Positions 1-13,739 of a DNA stretch of 64,000 nt are shown in pieces. This DNA is from Octopus sinensis. Taxonomy: Eukaryota. Where the stretch lies: positions 16,864,001 to 16,928,000 of the forward strand of contig NC_043012.1 of NCBI RefSeq assembly GCF_006345805.1. The letters run 5' to 3'. Made by a program: the position numbers and the translations under genes. The notes beneath the pieces were generated by a model. That model did no database searches. It had not been told where the DNA came from and worked only from the letters and a program-made list of their open reading frames with translations. How positions within the stretch are numbered: position 1 is the first letter of the stretch; each line of letters begins with the position of its first letter.

Positions 1-999
1 TATGTGTGTGTGTGTGTGTATGTATGTGTTTGTGTGTGTGGATTCATTAAGGACTGATTAGTGCAGGGGAATAGTCATGAGTGATTTGTTTTTGGTGCCT
101 CATTTTTGTTTAGACAAACGGGTCTTTTTGAGCACAGCAAACTGATAACCAACTCAGTTCTTTGTTATCTTCTCCATGAAGTTTATTATCTGGAGGTTAT
201 TCTTTACCACTTCATTGCACATCTTGGGTCTTCTTTCACAGGTTCCATCCACATTTATCAGTTGGCTCTTCATTAATCAGCTGCCCTCATTCATACGCAT
301 AGCATCTTCTCCCTTGCATGCTACTTCTGATACCTCTTATGCCCAACTATTCTCTCGACATGTTTACGAGGCCAATGCAAGGGAAAAAAAAACAATTAAA
401 GAAGTTTATATGAGTTACTCCCCCCCCCCCCTTATCTGTTATTTAATAACCAAAGCAACGTTTTGAAGTCCTGTAGAATCTTGTGTAATCACATGTAGTC
501 TCACCTAGCATGGAGGCTAAGTGGAATGCTTGAAACATTTTGAAAGTTTCTACATGAAACCGTTGGTTGTATTGTTAATCATCAAGAAAAGAATAAAGCA
601 ACCAAATATGGTATTGAGTACTCTTTCTCACTGCCTATCACCACCACCACCACCATCATCATTGCTTAACGTCTGTTTTCCATGCTGGTATGGGTTGGAC
701 AATTCAGTAGGAGATGGCAAACTGGGGAGCTGTCCAGACTCCAGTTGTCTGTTGTAGTATGATTTTCGCAACTGGATGACCTTCCTAACACCAACCACTT
801 CACAGAGGGTGCTGAGTACTTTGTACGTGCCACCTGTAAAGACCAAGCCTTTATGTATGGATGACAGCAATTTTATACATAATGTACATACATATGCATA
901 CATACATGAATGTATATGTGTATGAGAGAGAAAGAAAGAAAGAGAAAAAATGATTTATATTTTATATAATTAATTACAAAATATTTTAATTATTTTCAG

Positions 1000-1040
1000 C
1001 TAATCTGAACTTTCCGGGAGGCCCCAAATGTCACAACAAT
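1000..1040 (+). CDS. LRRK1: Exon 1 in window (41 nt, ankyrin linker [14 protein letters not shown])
   Basis: tattttcag acceptor and gtaagt donor. The only open frame ends in phase 0 and joins TPLHVA of the next exon, completing an ankyrin repeat. Confidence 0.7.
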
Positions 1041-3406
1041 GTAAGTAGTCTGTTTATATTTGTTGATTTTTGTTGTAGTTTAATAGCTGCTAGTAGAAAG
1101 TTCCATCCAAAATAATTGTTGTTTTTTCCCTACTTATCATTCTTCTGTTGCTGTTCACTGATTTATGCTTCTCGAGTAAAGACCTCTCTACTCTATGTTG
1201 TTTGCTGTTTGTTCATGCTCTGGCAAGACTAAAAAGAGTACTCTCTTCCCTGTATTGTCTCCAAGAGTGTGATAGAAGGAGGAAGTATTTGAGAGAGAGA
1301 GAGAGAGAGATTGAAAAAGAGTAATTGACAGCTACGTGATGGTTGTTGGTAAGGAGATTGAATGAAATCTTCATAACTGAGAGAAGTGATGGAAAAGAGA
1401 GGATAACAGAAGATTGAGTATTAGAAGGGATCCAGCATGATAAAAATGAAAGGGTTGGTGTAATAGGAAACAAATAGAAAGAGAGGGAGACAACTACATG
1501 ATGTTTTTGGTAAGGAAATTTGACAAAAACAGTATGATCAATGTAATGGGGGCAAGCGAGAGTGATAGAAGGGAGGCAGGGTGGTAGAATAAAGAATAAG
1601 GAACGTGTGAGAGGAAAAGAGGTAGATGTCTGCCATGTGCAGTAAAGGTGGAGGCCCTCTGCTCTATATGTGTGTGTGTGTGTGTATGTATGTGTGTATG
1701 AGGGAGGGAAAAAGTGAGAGTGATGGATGTCAATGCTGAATAAAAGGGAAGACATAATGAGGAGAGAGAGAGAGAGAGAGAGAGAGCACTAAAGAAGAGG
1801 GATAGTAAGAGGTGCATTAAATAAGGACAGATCCAGTACTTTGCCAGTCTGTGTTGTGGTATGATGGAAGAGAGACAGAGTGACAGTAGTGAACAACAGT
1901 GATAGAGAGTAACAGAGATGGTTGGTGGGAGCAAACTTACAAATTCAGTCTTTAATTATTATAATCCTAATTAACGAAACAATAGTATTGATTCTTTAAT
2001 TATCATAATCCTAATTAATGAAACACTAGCATTGACGTAAGGTTATAATTAAGTTAAATTCGGTAGGTAACTTTTTTGTGTTTTTTTTGTTTGAAAAAAG
2101 CTGTAATGTTGAAAAACATATAGTTTTATAATAATGAATTTTTTTGTACAAAAAATAAAATTCCTCACAGAACAAGTATACATTTTAGTAATTTAGAAGT
2201 AAAAAATTAATGAAGCAGAAAAAGATAAAAACACAAGTTTTAATGCAAATTATTGTAATTGTAGATTTGTCCAAATTAGACAAATAAAAACAGATAATGA
2301 TAATGTTTGTAATCTAGGCTATCTTTCAGAACATTCCTGAAATGTTTTGTGTATTCCTATGCTTTATAATGATGAGTAATTAATTCAGATTATTAGCAGA
2401 AATATTGAAAAAACAAAAGCAAAAAAGTGTCACATTCCTATTCTGAGATGAGGGGTGGTGTTTCGGTATCTTTGGTACTATATATACTGTAGGAGGAATC
2501 TTATAAATGAGGTTTAATACCTAATATCATACCAGACATTCCTTATGTATACTTCAACAAAATCCATCGTTTTTCCCAAATGTTCTGTTATACCCATGCA
2601 TATACTTTATATGTCTTTGATGGCATAAAAGACACACAGGGATATTAGATGCATCTCAAATTCAACCGAACATATACAGGAAACAAAAAAAAAAAGTTCT
2701 TATTGCCTTAAAGCTTATGAGAGACCCAGCTTCGTATATAGGACGCAGGGTGATTTTTTTTTTTGAGACATTGTTTTTTTTTTTGTAAGAAGTACATCCT
2801 ATATGCAAATGAGGTACAATTGATTACCATTATAGAAAAAAACCTCAAACAAATCCAATGACTGAAACAAGTAAAAGTTAAAGACAAAAAGATTGCATGT
2901 TCCATATATAGGCGCAGGAGTGGCTGTGTGGTAAGTAGCTTGCTAAGCAACCATATGGTTCCAGGTTCAGTCCCACTATGTGGCACCTTGGGCAAGTGTC
3001 TTCTGCTATAGCCTCGGGCCGACCAAAGCCTTGTGAGTGGATTTGGTAGACAGAAACTGAAAGAAACCTGTTGTATATATGTATATATATGTATATGTGT
3101 ATGTGTGTATGTTTGTGTGTCTGTGTTTGTCCCTCTAGCATTGCTTGACAACCGGTGCTGGTATGTTTACGTCCCCGTCACTTAGCGGTTCGGCAAAAGA
3201 GACCGATAGAATAAGTACTGGGCTTACAAAGAATAAGTCCCGGGGTCGATTTGCTCGAACAAAGGCGGTGCTCCAGCATGACCGCAGTCAAATGACTGAA
3301 ACAAGTAAAAGAGTAAAAGAAAAAATTCCAACGAGTTGTGAATAATCAACAATACTGCTGGATGCAATAAAGAAACTTCCAGATATATCTGGTTTTTAAA
3401 TTGATC

Positions 3407-3439
<33 letters not shown>

Positions 3440-5246
3440 TTACTTAGATATGTTTCAACCAAAGATTGGTCCAGGCCATGTCTAACTTAATAGCACCGCC
3501 TGATAGGATTATCTAAATCCTGTTTAAGTCAAATTTTGTAGTATCATGGTCCATTCAAGTAGTGAGTTCTTGTTGAGTGAGTTGTATCCAGGTATGGGTG
3601 GCTTATCTGGTATTCCTTGAAGAAATTTGTCCAGACTCCGTTTAAAGATGATGGGATCCTTTTCCTCTTTAATCAGTTTTGGGACAATGTTAAATAGGGC
3701 AGGGCCTGTTGAGGAAAAGAAATATATATACATGTATATATATAAGTTTAATATATATGTTTAATTAGAGGCGCAATGGCCCAGTGGTTAGGGCAGCAAA
3801 CTCACGGTCTTAGGATTGCAGTTTCAATTCCCAGACTAGGTGCTGTGAGTGCTTATTGAGTGAAAACACCTAAACCTCCACGAGGCTCCGGCAGGGGGTG
3901 GTGGTGAACCCTGCTGTACTCTTTCACCACAACTTTCTCTCACTCTTTCTTCCTGTTTCTGTTGTACCTTTATTTCAAAGGGCCAGCCTTGTCACACACT
4001 CTGTGTCATGCTGAATCTCCCCGAGAACTACGTTAAGGGTACACGTGTCTGTGGAGTGCTCAGCCATTTGCACATTAATTTCACGAGCAGGCTGTTCCAT
4101 TGATCGGATCAACAGGAACACTCGTCGTAACCGATGGAATACCTTCATATGTTTAATTTATATATGGATGGTGTGGTGAGAGAGGTCAATGCTAGAACCT
4201 CTTGTAGGGGAGTCCAAATGGAGGGAGAAAATGGAGAGAAATGGCAGGTGAGTCAGTTGTTGTTTGCTGATGATACAGTACTGGTGGCAGATTCGGAAGA
4301 GCAACTGAGGAGACTGGTTGTAGCGCTTGGAAGAGTGTGTGAGAGGAGGAAACTGGAAGTGAATGTAGCTAAGAGTAAGGTGATGAGATGTTCAAGAGAT
4401 GGAATGGCTGGTAGGATGGATGTGAATATAAATGGTGAGATTTTAGAGGAGGTGAGTGTTTTTAAGTATCTGGGATCACATGTGACGGTGGATGGGTGGT
4501 GGGTGGTAGAGGAAGTGGGATACAGAGTGAGAGAGGGGAGTAAGATACTTGGAGTTGTGAAAGGTATGCTGAGAGATAAAAGGTTGAGTATGAAAGCGAA
4601 AAGAGGTGTGTATGAGGGTGTGATTGTGCCGACAATGTTATATGGTGCAGAGACGTGGGGTCTGAGAGAGGCGGAAAGGAGGTGACTAGATGTGTTTGAG
4701 ATGAGATGTTTGAGGGCTATGGTTGGTGTGACAGGAATGGACAGGATGAGGAAAGAGGAGGTGCGAAGACGAGCAGGAATGATAGGAAAACTAACAACCA
4801 AATTGAATAGTCGAATGTCGAGGTGGTTTGGTCACATGTAGAGAATGGATGAGGAGCGTTTGGTGAGGAGGGTGATGAAGTGGTAGGTAGCAGAACCAGA
4901 GGCAGACCTCAGTTTGTGTGGATGGATGGAGTGAGGAAAGCTTTGATGGTTAGAGGCGTTGGAGTGAGAGAGGTGAGAGAGTTTATAAATGATAGGAAAA
5001 CTTGGAGAGTATTTGTGGATGGATGAGTGAATTTTGATGTTGCTCAAACAGGTACAGAACCAGCATGATGTGGCGAGGGTAAACCAGCAGATACTGTCGG
5101 GCCCTGCTGCTGATATTAGGGTTGCGTTCTATGCCTTGATCTGAGCATGGAATGGGGTTCGCCCCTTTGAGCTGGGAAATGAATGGACTGCTTGGCGTGT
5201 GTCTTGCTGTTGCTCCCCACTCCTAACATATGGGGAATAGGCCTGA

Positions 5247-5315
<69 letters not shown>

Positions 5316-6602
5316 GTATGTATGTAATCAGCTGGCATTGTTGCAGAAGGAGATGTAAGGAACATCATTGTTTTTAGTTAAATAACTCTTATCATTTTTC
5401 CCAAATGTTTAAATATATCATCATCATTGTTGTCATCATCATCATTTAACATCTGTTGGCACGTAAAAGAACCCACTACACTCTCGGAGTGGTTGGCATT
5501 AGGAAGGGCATCCAGCTGTAGAAACTTTGCCAGATCAGATTGGAGTCTGGTGCAGCCTCTGGCTCACCAGTCCTCAGTCAAGCCGTCCAACCCATGCCAG
5601 CATGGAAAGCGGATGTTAAATGATGAGGATGATGATGATGATGATGATGTGATGATGATGATGATGATGATTGTATATTATTCTACTCCAAACAATTTAT
5701 GATATCAAACATTTCAGTTGGGTTCATACAGATTTAAAAACACTCTGGCTATCTGGGAATTGTTCCAAATTTGTAGACATGAAGGTGGTGTCTAATAGCT
5801 AAATGAATAAATAATGGTATTCTTAAAATAGACGAGAGATGAGTTAGGTTCTTTGTAACAAAAGAAATAATTGGGTCAAAGTCTGGTTAGAAAAATGGAA
5901 AGCAAGGAAATTTGTAGATTATGGTATATTGGTGCTGGCATGGCTGTGTGGTTTTGAGTTTAGACCCATTGTGTGGCACCTTCGACAAATGTCTTCTGCT
6001 ATAGCCCTAGGCTGATCAAAAGCCTTGTGAGTGGATTTGTAGACAGAAACTGGAAGAAGCCTGTGTGTATGTGTGGGTGCTTCTTTGTTTTGATTTCAAG
6101 TGATATCTTTCATTTCCAGTCTTCTGTGGAAACATGTAAAGCCATAGGGGGAAATATTACCTTCCTAGCAAACGGTTGAGGGTTGGCAGCTAGAGTGGCA
6201 TCTGGCCATAAAAGATCTGTCTCACTGAACCTTGTTTAACCCATGCAAGCATGGAAAAGTGGATGTTAACCCTTTTGATACCAAACTGCCTGAAACCACC
6301 CCAGGTTCTATGGTTTAACCCTTTAGCATTTGGATTGTTCTGTCACGTGTAATGCTTATTTGTTCACACTGTTTTGAATTAATCTATATTGTAATAAATA
6401 TTACAATATTTACATTATTTACATTTGATGGATATTTGTCCTCATTTGGCGTAGTGGTTAAGAGTGCAGGCTACTAACCCCAAGATTCCAAGTTCAATTC
6501 CAGGCAGTGACCTAAGTAATAATAATAATAATGATAATAATAATAATGATAATGATAATCGTAATAATAATGATAATAGTAATAATAATGATAATGATAA
6601 TA

Positions 6603-6633
<31 letters not shown>

Positions 6634-9600
6634 TAACAATAATAATAATAATAACAATAATAATAATAATAATAACAATAATAATGATAATAATAGAAAT
6701 TGAAAAAATTGAAAAATGTGGCATCTCAAGGGGACTACAGTACCAGTGATTGTAGGATCTCTAGGAATGATAAAAAAAGGTACTGAAACCTATTTGAAAA
6801 TGATACCAGGCTTACCATCCCTACAGGAAGTGCCAAAAATCTTATTAACTGGAACGGCTCTTATACTGAGAAGAGCATTATCGCTGTGAAAACAACATCC
6901 ATTCATGAATTTATTTATTTATTAATTTTTAAATACATATTTTACCTGTGAATTTGCGCATGTAATCTGAGAATGCATACAATGAGCTTCTCTGCCCTAG
7001 GTGTACGGAAAACACTCGGCGAGAAACAGAAGAAAATTTGAAGAAAGAAAGAAAAAAAAATAACAATAATAATAATAATAACATCAAAAAATACCTTAGG
7101 GATGAGAACCCAGGTTCAAAATTTCCGCAAGACATCTGATGAAGGCTGGAGGGTATATCAGCTGAAATGTCCAACACATGCCAGCATGGACAACGGACAT
7201 TAGATGATGATAATCATCATCATCATTATCATTGAAATCTCAAAGCTACAAGATAATGCATAATTAATTCAAAACGAAAAGAATAAATAAGTGTTATGTT
7301 TGATAGAATAATCTGAGTGCTAAAGGGTTAAAACAGTTGATAGTTTGAAAAAAAAATCTTTTCTTTTTTTAAACAAGAATTAGCAAAGCAAACAAAACCT
7401 GTGTTTGTCACAGAGAATTATTTGGTTCTCTGATATCTACTCTTAAAAGTTTTCAAATATCTATATCTGTGAATTCTTTGTCTTCCATATTGTATGACTG
7501 TTTGATCAGCATCATCATAACTACCTTTGAATGTCCATTTTCCATGCTGGTATCGGTTGGATGGTTTGACGTGAGCTGGTGAACCAAAGAACTGCTTCAA
7601 GTTCCAGTGTCAGCTTTGGCTTGGTTTCTGTAGCTAGATTCCTTTCCAAACACCAACCACTTCACGGTGTGATGGGTGTTTTTTATGTGGCTTTGGCATT
7701 GGTGAGGTCACCAAGTAACCCATAAGACAAGACCCCCTCAATTGAGTGGGGAAACAGTTTTGGGGGAAGTGGTTTTATGCCAGATGTTGAAGTAGGCTTC
7801 CACACAGTTTTTTGCCTCCCATATTCACTCAGAAAGCACTGGTCAGATGAGGGCCATAATAGAAGATACTTGCTCACTACTTCCAAGATAAATCTCACAG
7901 ATGCTCTTGAAGTATCATCAGTGGTGTTTCTGGGGAGTTGGGGTTGGGGTTTCAGGTCTTTCAACATCAGGCTGACATTGTTTTCTCATTGAGCAACCAC
8001 ATGAAAGCTCCTTCAATTGTTTTTCCTGCATGCGTGTATGTATGTGTCTGTGTGTATGTTTATATGTTTGGAGTTGTATGAAATATACTCTTTAACCCTT
8101 AGCACTCAGATTACTCTGTCAAATGTAATGCATATCTATTCACAATGTTTTGAATTATTATCTTGTAGCTTCATAAGAAATGCTTTGAATAACCAAACGA
8201 ACAGAGCCTAATAAAGCATATTTAGCGTTAGACAATTAACCAGCCCCTATAACCGAATAAACCCCAATTCTAGAAACACATGAAAACAACATTATTCTTA
8301 TACCTCCAATTTCCACAAAAACATTTCAGTGATGTGTTTGTATATTTTTTTAGAATGATATTGTAGTGTATGGAAGGCAGCGAGCTGGCAGAAATGTTAG
8401 CATGCTGGGCAAAATGCTTAGCAATATTTTGTCTGGCTTTACGTTCTGAGTTCAAATTCCGCCGAGGTCGACTTTGCCTTTCATCTTTACTAGGTCGATA
8501 AATTAAGTACCAGTTGCGTACTGGGGTTGATCTAATTGACTGGAATCCTCCCCTAAAATGTCAGGCTTTGTGCCTAGAGTAGAAAAAGGATATTGTAGTG
8601 TATGGGTAAGAAATTGGATCTGGTCAGTTTAAACTTAAAACAGACAGAATATTTGGGCAGGATATGGCCAGATTAAATGCTAAAGGGTTAAACATGTATT
8701 TCTTCTGTTGCAGACACCACTCCATGTTGCTGTGGAGAAAGGCTTCAAGGACATTGTTGTCACCCTTCTTGATGCTGGCGCTGACCTCAATGCCTTAAAT
8801 GTATTCAACTTGACCCCAGTGAAAATTGCTGAACTGCGAGGGGATGTGGAGATCTACAGCTGTTTATTAAGAGAGAAAGGTAAATCCCTTGTGGTTATTT
8901 AATTAACATCATTACCTTTTAACCCATTGCCTGCCATGAGCCCCATTTGGGGATCTGCTAAAAACAGTCTCACTACCAGTTGTTCGTAATATTTAAAATG
9001 AATTGCTTAAGTACATTGCATTTGCAGAGGTGTGTTTAACAATATTTAGGAGTTAAAGTTTGTCGTTATGAGCTCCGGCTGATTCTAGAGGACATTTTAT
9101 GTCATAAATCGCAATTTTTGAACTACAGAAAAATTGACTGTTTTGAAAACGTTTTTTTTTTTTTTGCATTTCCCATCTATTATATCATTCATATATATTT
9201 CATACACATTTGCATTTGATACTATAGTTTCAAAAAAACTAAAATGTTTATTATTGCAATTGAATAGAAAAGGATAAGGATGCTTTTCTTCAGCTATCCC
9301 AATTTGGGACTTTTGAAAAATTTATCTTAATTTCCCAAATGATCCACATATGAAGAAAATTTAAATACTATATATTATTTTAACTTCTAAGACACCTGGC
9401 AAAGCCAAAAAATATGAATAAAAGAATTTGGCAGTTAATGGGTTAATGAATTAAATTATTTTTTAATGGCATAATCAGGAAGAAGTAATTGTACGAAGAA
9501 CTTTGCAAGTGTTTCTAAGACTGCAGAAATTGATAAGGTTTAAATTCAGTTTGAACATATTTACAAAGCAATGTCTGTGGGGATGAGAAAAAAAAAAAAA

Positions 9601-12600
9601 ACTGAAACATGAGCTGGAAGCCAATTCCAGATGGTTGACATTTTGAAGTGAAAGGATTGGAAAAAAGTTGTTAGGATAACAAATGAATAACTCTGTTTAT
9701 TAAATTGAATTACTGAACTGGAGATAGTTATGTCAATATGATATTGCATGTGTTGAGCCATTGGCAGCCCTGCTACTACTGCTACAACTACTACTGCTGC
9801 TGCTACTAGTAGTAGTAGTAGTAATAGCTGTTGCTGTTTAGCTTTTTGTTGGACCCTGGTTAAGCAGGGCATTCCAATTGTGGCCATCTAGCCCCTCTTT
9901 TCTAGTTATATCTTTCTCCTCATAAGGCAGCAAGTTGGCAGAAGTGTTAGCTCACCGGGCGAAATGCTTACTGGTATTTCATCTGTCTTTACGTTCAGAG
10001 TTCAAATTCCACCAAGGTCAACTTTACCGTTAATCCTTTCGGGGTCGATAAATTAAGTACCAGTTGCGTACTGGGGTTGATCTAATGAACTGGTTCTCTC
10101 CTCACAAAATTTCGGGCCTTGTGCCTAGAGTAGAAAAGTATATCTTTCTCCTCATTTTGAAGTCAGTAGAATGTGATTTTGGGGGTCATTTGTTTGTTTA
10201 TTTATGATGACAGAATGTAATTGAAAGGCAATTTGACTGCTATTTCTAGTGACCATATAGGAACCTGTTGGCTCTTCTAGCTGGAAGTTGGTTACACAGG
10301 CTGCAAGAGATAATTCTCTTCTGTAACCAGCATCTTCATTGCCAAATTGGCAAGTGTGTAAATGGAGGCTAGTGATGAGTCCAGTGCCCTTCCTGTGGCT
10401 CTGATGTTTCTTGTCCTGGAGATGTGTTGCAAATGCAACCCATTGCTGTAAAGCTTACTAGTGTTTACTGTTGGATGCCATTACTTAAATTCTTAAGTTT
10501 TTTTGCCCCCTTGAACCATAGGCTGCCAATGACCTTTCTCCACTGTTCCCTACTCTGGGATATCCTTTCTCAAGTCTTGCTGGTTTCTGATTATTATTGT
10601 TGCTTCTGCAACTTTGCTTTTTCGGGGTAGGGGTCTTGGCCCTACACAAACTCTGGGAAGTGGTGTTTCATATTAGTTTGTCCTCTGTTCTCTGGTGTGT
10701 CCAGTATGGGATACCACACCAGGAGCTTGCACTTTGCTGGCATAGCTCTTAGGAGTGTTGAGGGACCACAAATCACCACCTTGCAACAGGGACCAGGCAA
10801 CATCTGGTGCCCTGGATGCCATACCTTCTGCTTTTTCTTGAATTACTTATGGAACCTATTGTCAGTTAAGCAAACTGAAGGGGATAAGAACTGTCCCCTT
10901 ATGCTTCATTATGTCTACTCTGTTAAGTAAATAAGGACATAATAGAAATGATGTAATAAGCTGCTGGGATTCTGCAATTGTTGTGATCACAATGAAGTTT
11001 TGCATTAGTTGTTGTGCTGCATCATTGTCATTCTACTCGTGTTGTGATTCTGCTAGCCTTTTGAATCTGCAACAATTCATCATCACCATCATCATCATCA
11101 TCATCATCATCACCATCACCATTTAATGTTTGTTTTCCATGCTGGCATGGGTGGGTTGGACAGCTTGACAGGAGCTGGCAAGACCAGGGCCTGCACCAGG
11201 GTCCATAGTCTGGATGCCGTTCTTGATGCCAACCACTTTACAGAGTGTACTGGTTGCTTCTTACATGGTACTATCACCAGTGCTTTTCTATGTGACACGA
11301 GTACCAGATGCTTTTTGCATGGCCTGTTTATTTTAGACTATTAATTCTGTTGTGGTGGGCAAGTTCTTTTCAGCATTGTGGATTAATAACAGTCAATATG
11401 AGTTTACTGTTGTTGAGACTCCACTGTTATTGTGACTCTATAATTGTCATGACAGCATCATTGGAATTTCACTACTGTTGTGACTCTGTCATCAATATGC
11501 TGCTGCCATTGTTGTGACTCCACAATAGTTGTGACTCTTCCAGAATTAAGACTTTGCAGCTGTTGTTACAACAACATTGTGGTTGTACCACCATTGTAGA
11601 TCTGCAGTTGTTGTGACTCTCTATTTGATGTAACTCTGCCGTTGTTGTGACTCTTTGTGACTACAATTCTTCCATTATTCAGGTACCAAAATGCTTGTGC
11701 TGTTGTCTTTCTAAATACGTCAGGTCACTGAGCTCTGAGAAACCAGGTACCAGATTTTCTGGATCAATAAATATATGATTAGTTCATAGTGCTAAAGTGC
11801 TAATCATTTATTGATACGTAGCTTGGGCCATGGAAAGTCAGGTTATTATCTGCACAATGATTTTTTTTGCACAAGTTCCTGCCATAAATCAATATTTGTT
11901 TATAGATATGTGTGTGTACATTTTTCTTCATTATTAATCATAACTCGCCTTTCTTCTCTTTTTTTTTTCCTTTCTTTTAGCGAAAAGAACTGCAAAATGG
12001 GTTAAAATAGCTGATGGTGAGTTGGTTTTTTTAAGTTTCTTGTTTTTTTTCTCTCTTTGCATCAGTAACCAGAACGTTCACATGTTTAAATGTTGCTATG
12101 GCCATCATCTGGAATATTTAATGTAAGTTTACCTGTAATTCTTAAATTACATATTTACCTGTCGAATGCAAACATGAAACATTTCCTTTTTTTTTTTTTT
12201 TTATACCTATTCACGGCCTGCCCTTGGATCATCATCATCACCAACGCCAGTAGCAGTAGCACCATCATCATCACCATCAATTTTTTTTTTCCTTGCTGTT
12301 ATTGGCTGGGTTGTTTCACAGGATCTGACAAGCTGGAGTACCATGTCAAAGTTTTTGCATGGTTTCTACAGCTGGTACCTTTTCTAGCACTAATCTAAAA
12401 GTTGGACTCAGAAGATTAGGTATAGTTATGTAGATGCCAATGGTTTGTCACAGCTGACTGGATATTGAACATTTTTTGGCGACAGTACTTTTTAGCACTG
12501 GTGGCAAACACACTCACACATGTGCACCAGTGAAAGAGAGACAAGTAAAGAGTGAGAGGAAGAATGAGTAGAGACATTAAAGCATCTGATGTCAAATAAG

Positions 12601-12708
12601 TTATGTTGAATGAGTGGCACTAAATAAGCAATGCCAAGATGTCTCATATCCTCAAAAAAATATACCCGATATGCTCTACCCCAAGCTACAATGGTGGTGG
12701 TGGTGGTG

Positions 12709-12739
<31 letters not shown>

Positions 12740-13701
12740 AAGTGGCAGCAGCAGCAGCAGTCCAGTCTTTTCTCTTTTACTTGTTTCAATCATTGGACTG
12801 CGGCCCTGTTGGATTATGGCCTTGAAGGATTTAGTCAAACAAATCGACCCTAGTCTCTTATGCTGAACCACCAAGTTACAGGGAAATTAACAAACCAACA
12901 CCGGTTGTCAAGTGGCAGTGGGGAACAAACAGACAAACACAAACACACACACATGATGGGCTTCCACTTTCTATCTACCAGATTCATTCACAAGACACTG
13001 CTCTGCCTGGTGCTATAGCAGAAGATGCTTGCTCAAGATACCATGCAGTGGGACTGAACCGGAAACCTTGTGGTTGTAGAGTAAGCTTCTTACCCATGCA
13101 GTCATGCATGCACCTATATTGATCTATTCAATCATTTTTACCACTTTAAATTAGAACAGCCACACGATGCCTCCTCTATGTGGTTTTTTTCTGACTTGCT
13201 AGAAATAGCAACCAAATTTCTTTCACATCACAGCCTCTTCACTTATAAATGAGAAGGACACTTTGGATATTGTATTCCTAGGTACATTCTGTGTGAAAAC
13301 AGAGACAAAATGGTTATGGCCAAAAGGCTTTTGATCATGGGTTTGTTCTGTCAGGGTTCACCTGGGGTTGCGTTAAGCAACAGCATCAACAACATGCTTT
13401 ACCTGGTGAGAAACCGAAGAGGAGATGAATAAAATTATGAATTCATGTATTTATGTTTTAATGATGGGTTAAAAACTTCTAAACTTGGAATCTTATTTCC
13501 ACAAAATTCTTGAATACTTTTTTTTTTTTTACAGAGTTTTTATTAGCTTGTGAACAAGGAGATATGATGAGAGCTATGGAGTTACGGGAGAAAATCGGTG
13601 ATCGTGCAGAATCTATCATTAGCGCCATGAAATACAACAAGACTCTTTTGTGGTAAGTATTGCTTTGTTAGTATGCAAGCACTATAGAATATAGAACAGT
13701 G

Positions 13702-13739
<38 letters not shown>

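Noticed and set aside
1213-1934. 180-aa and 146-aa minus-strand ORFs
   Set aside because: Low-complexity GA/TG sequence that lacks stops by composition
6442-6749. Poly-Asn, poly-Ile and poly-Leu ORFs
   Set aside because: (AAT)n microsatellite inside a family-D element
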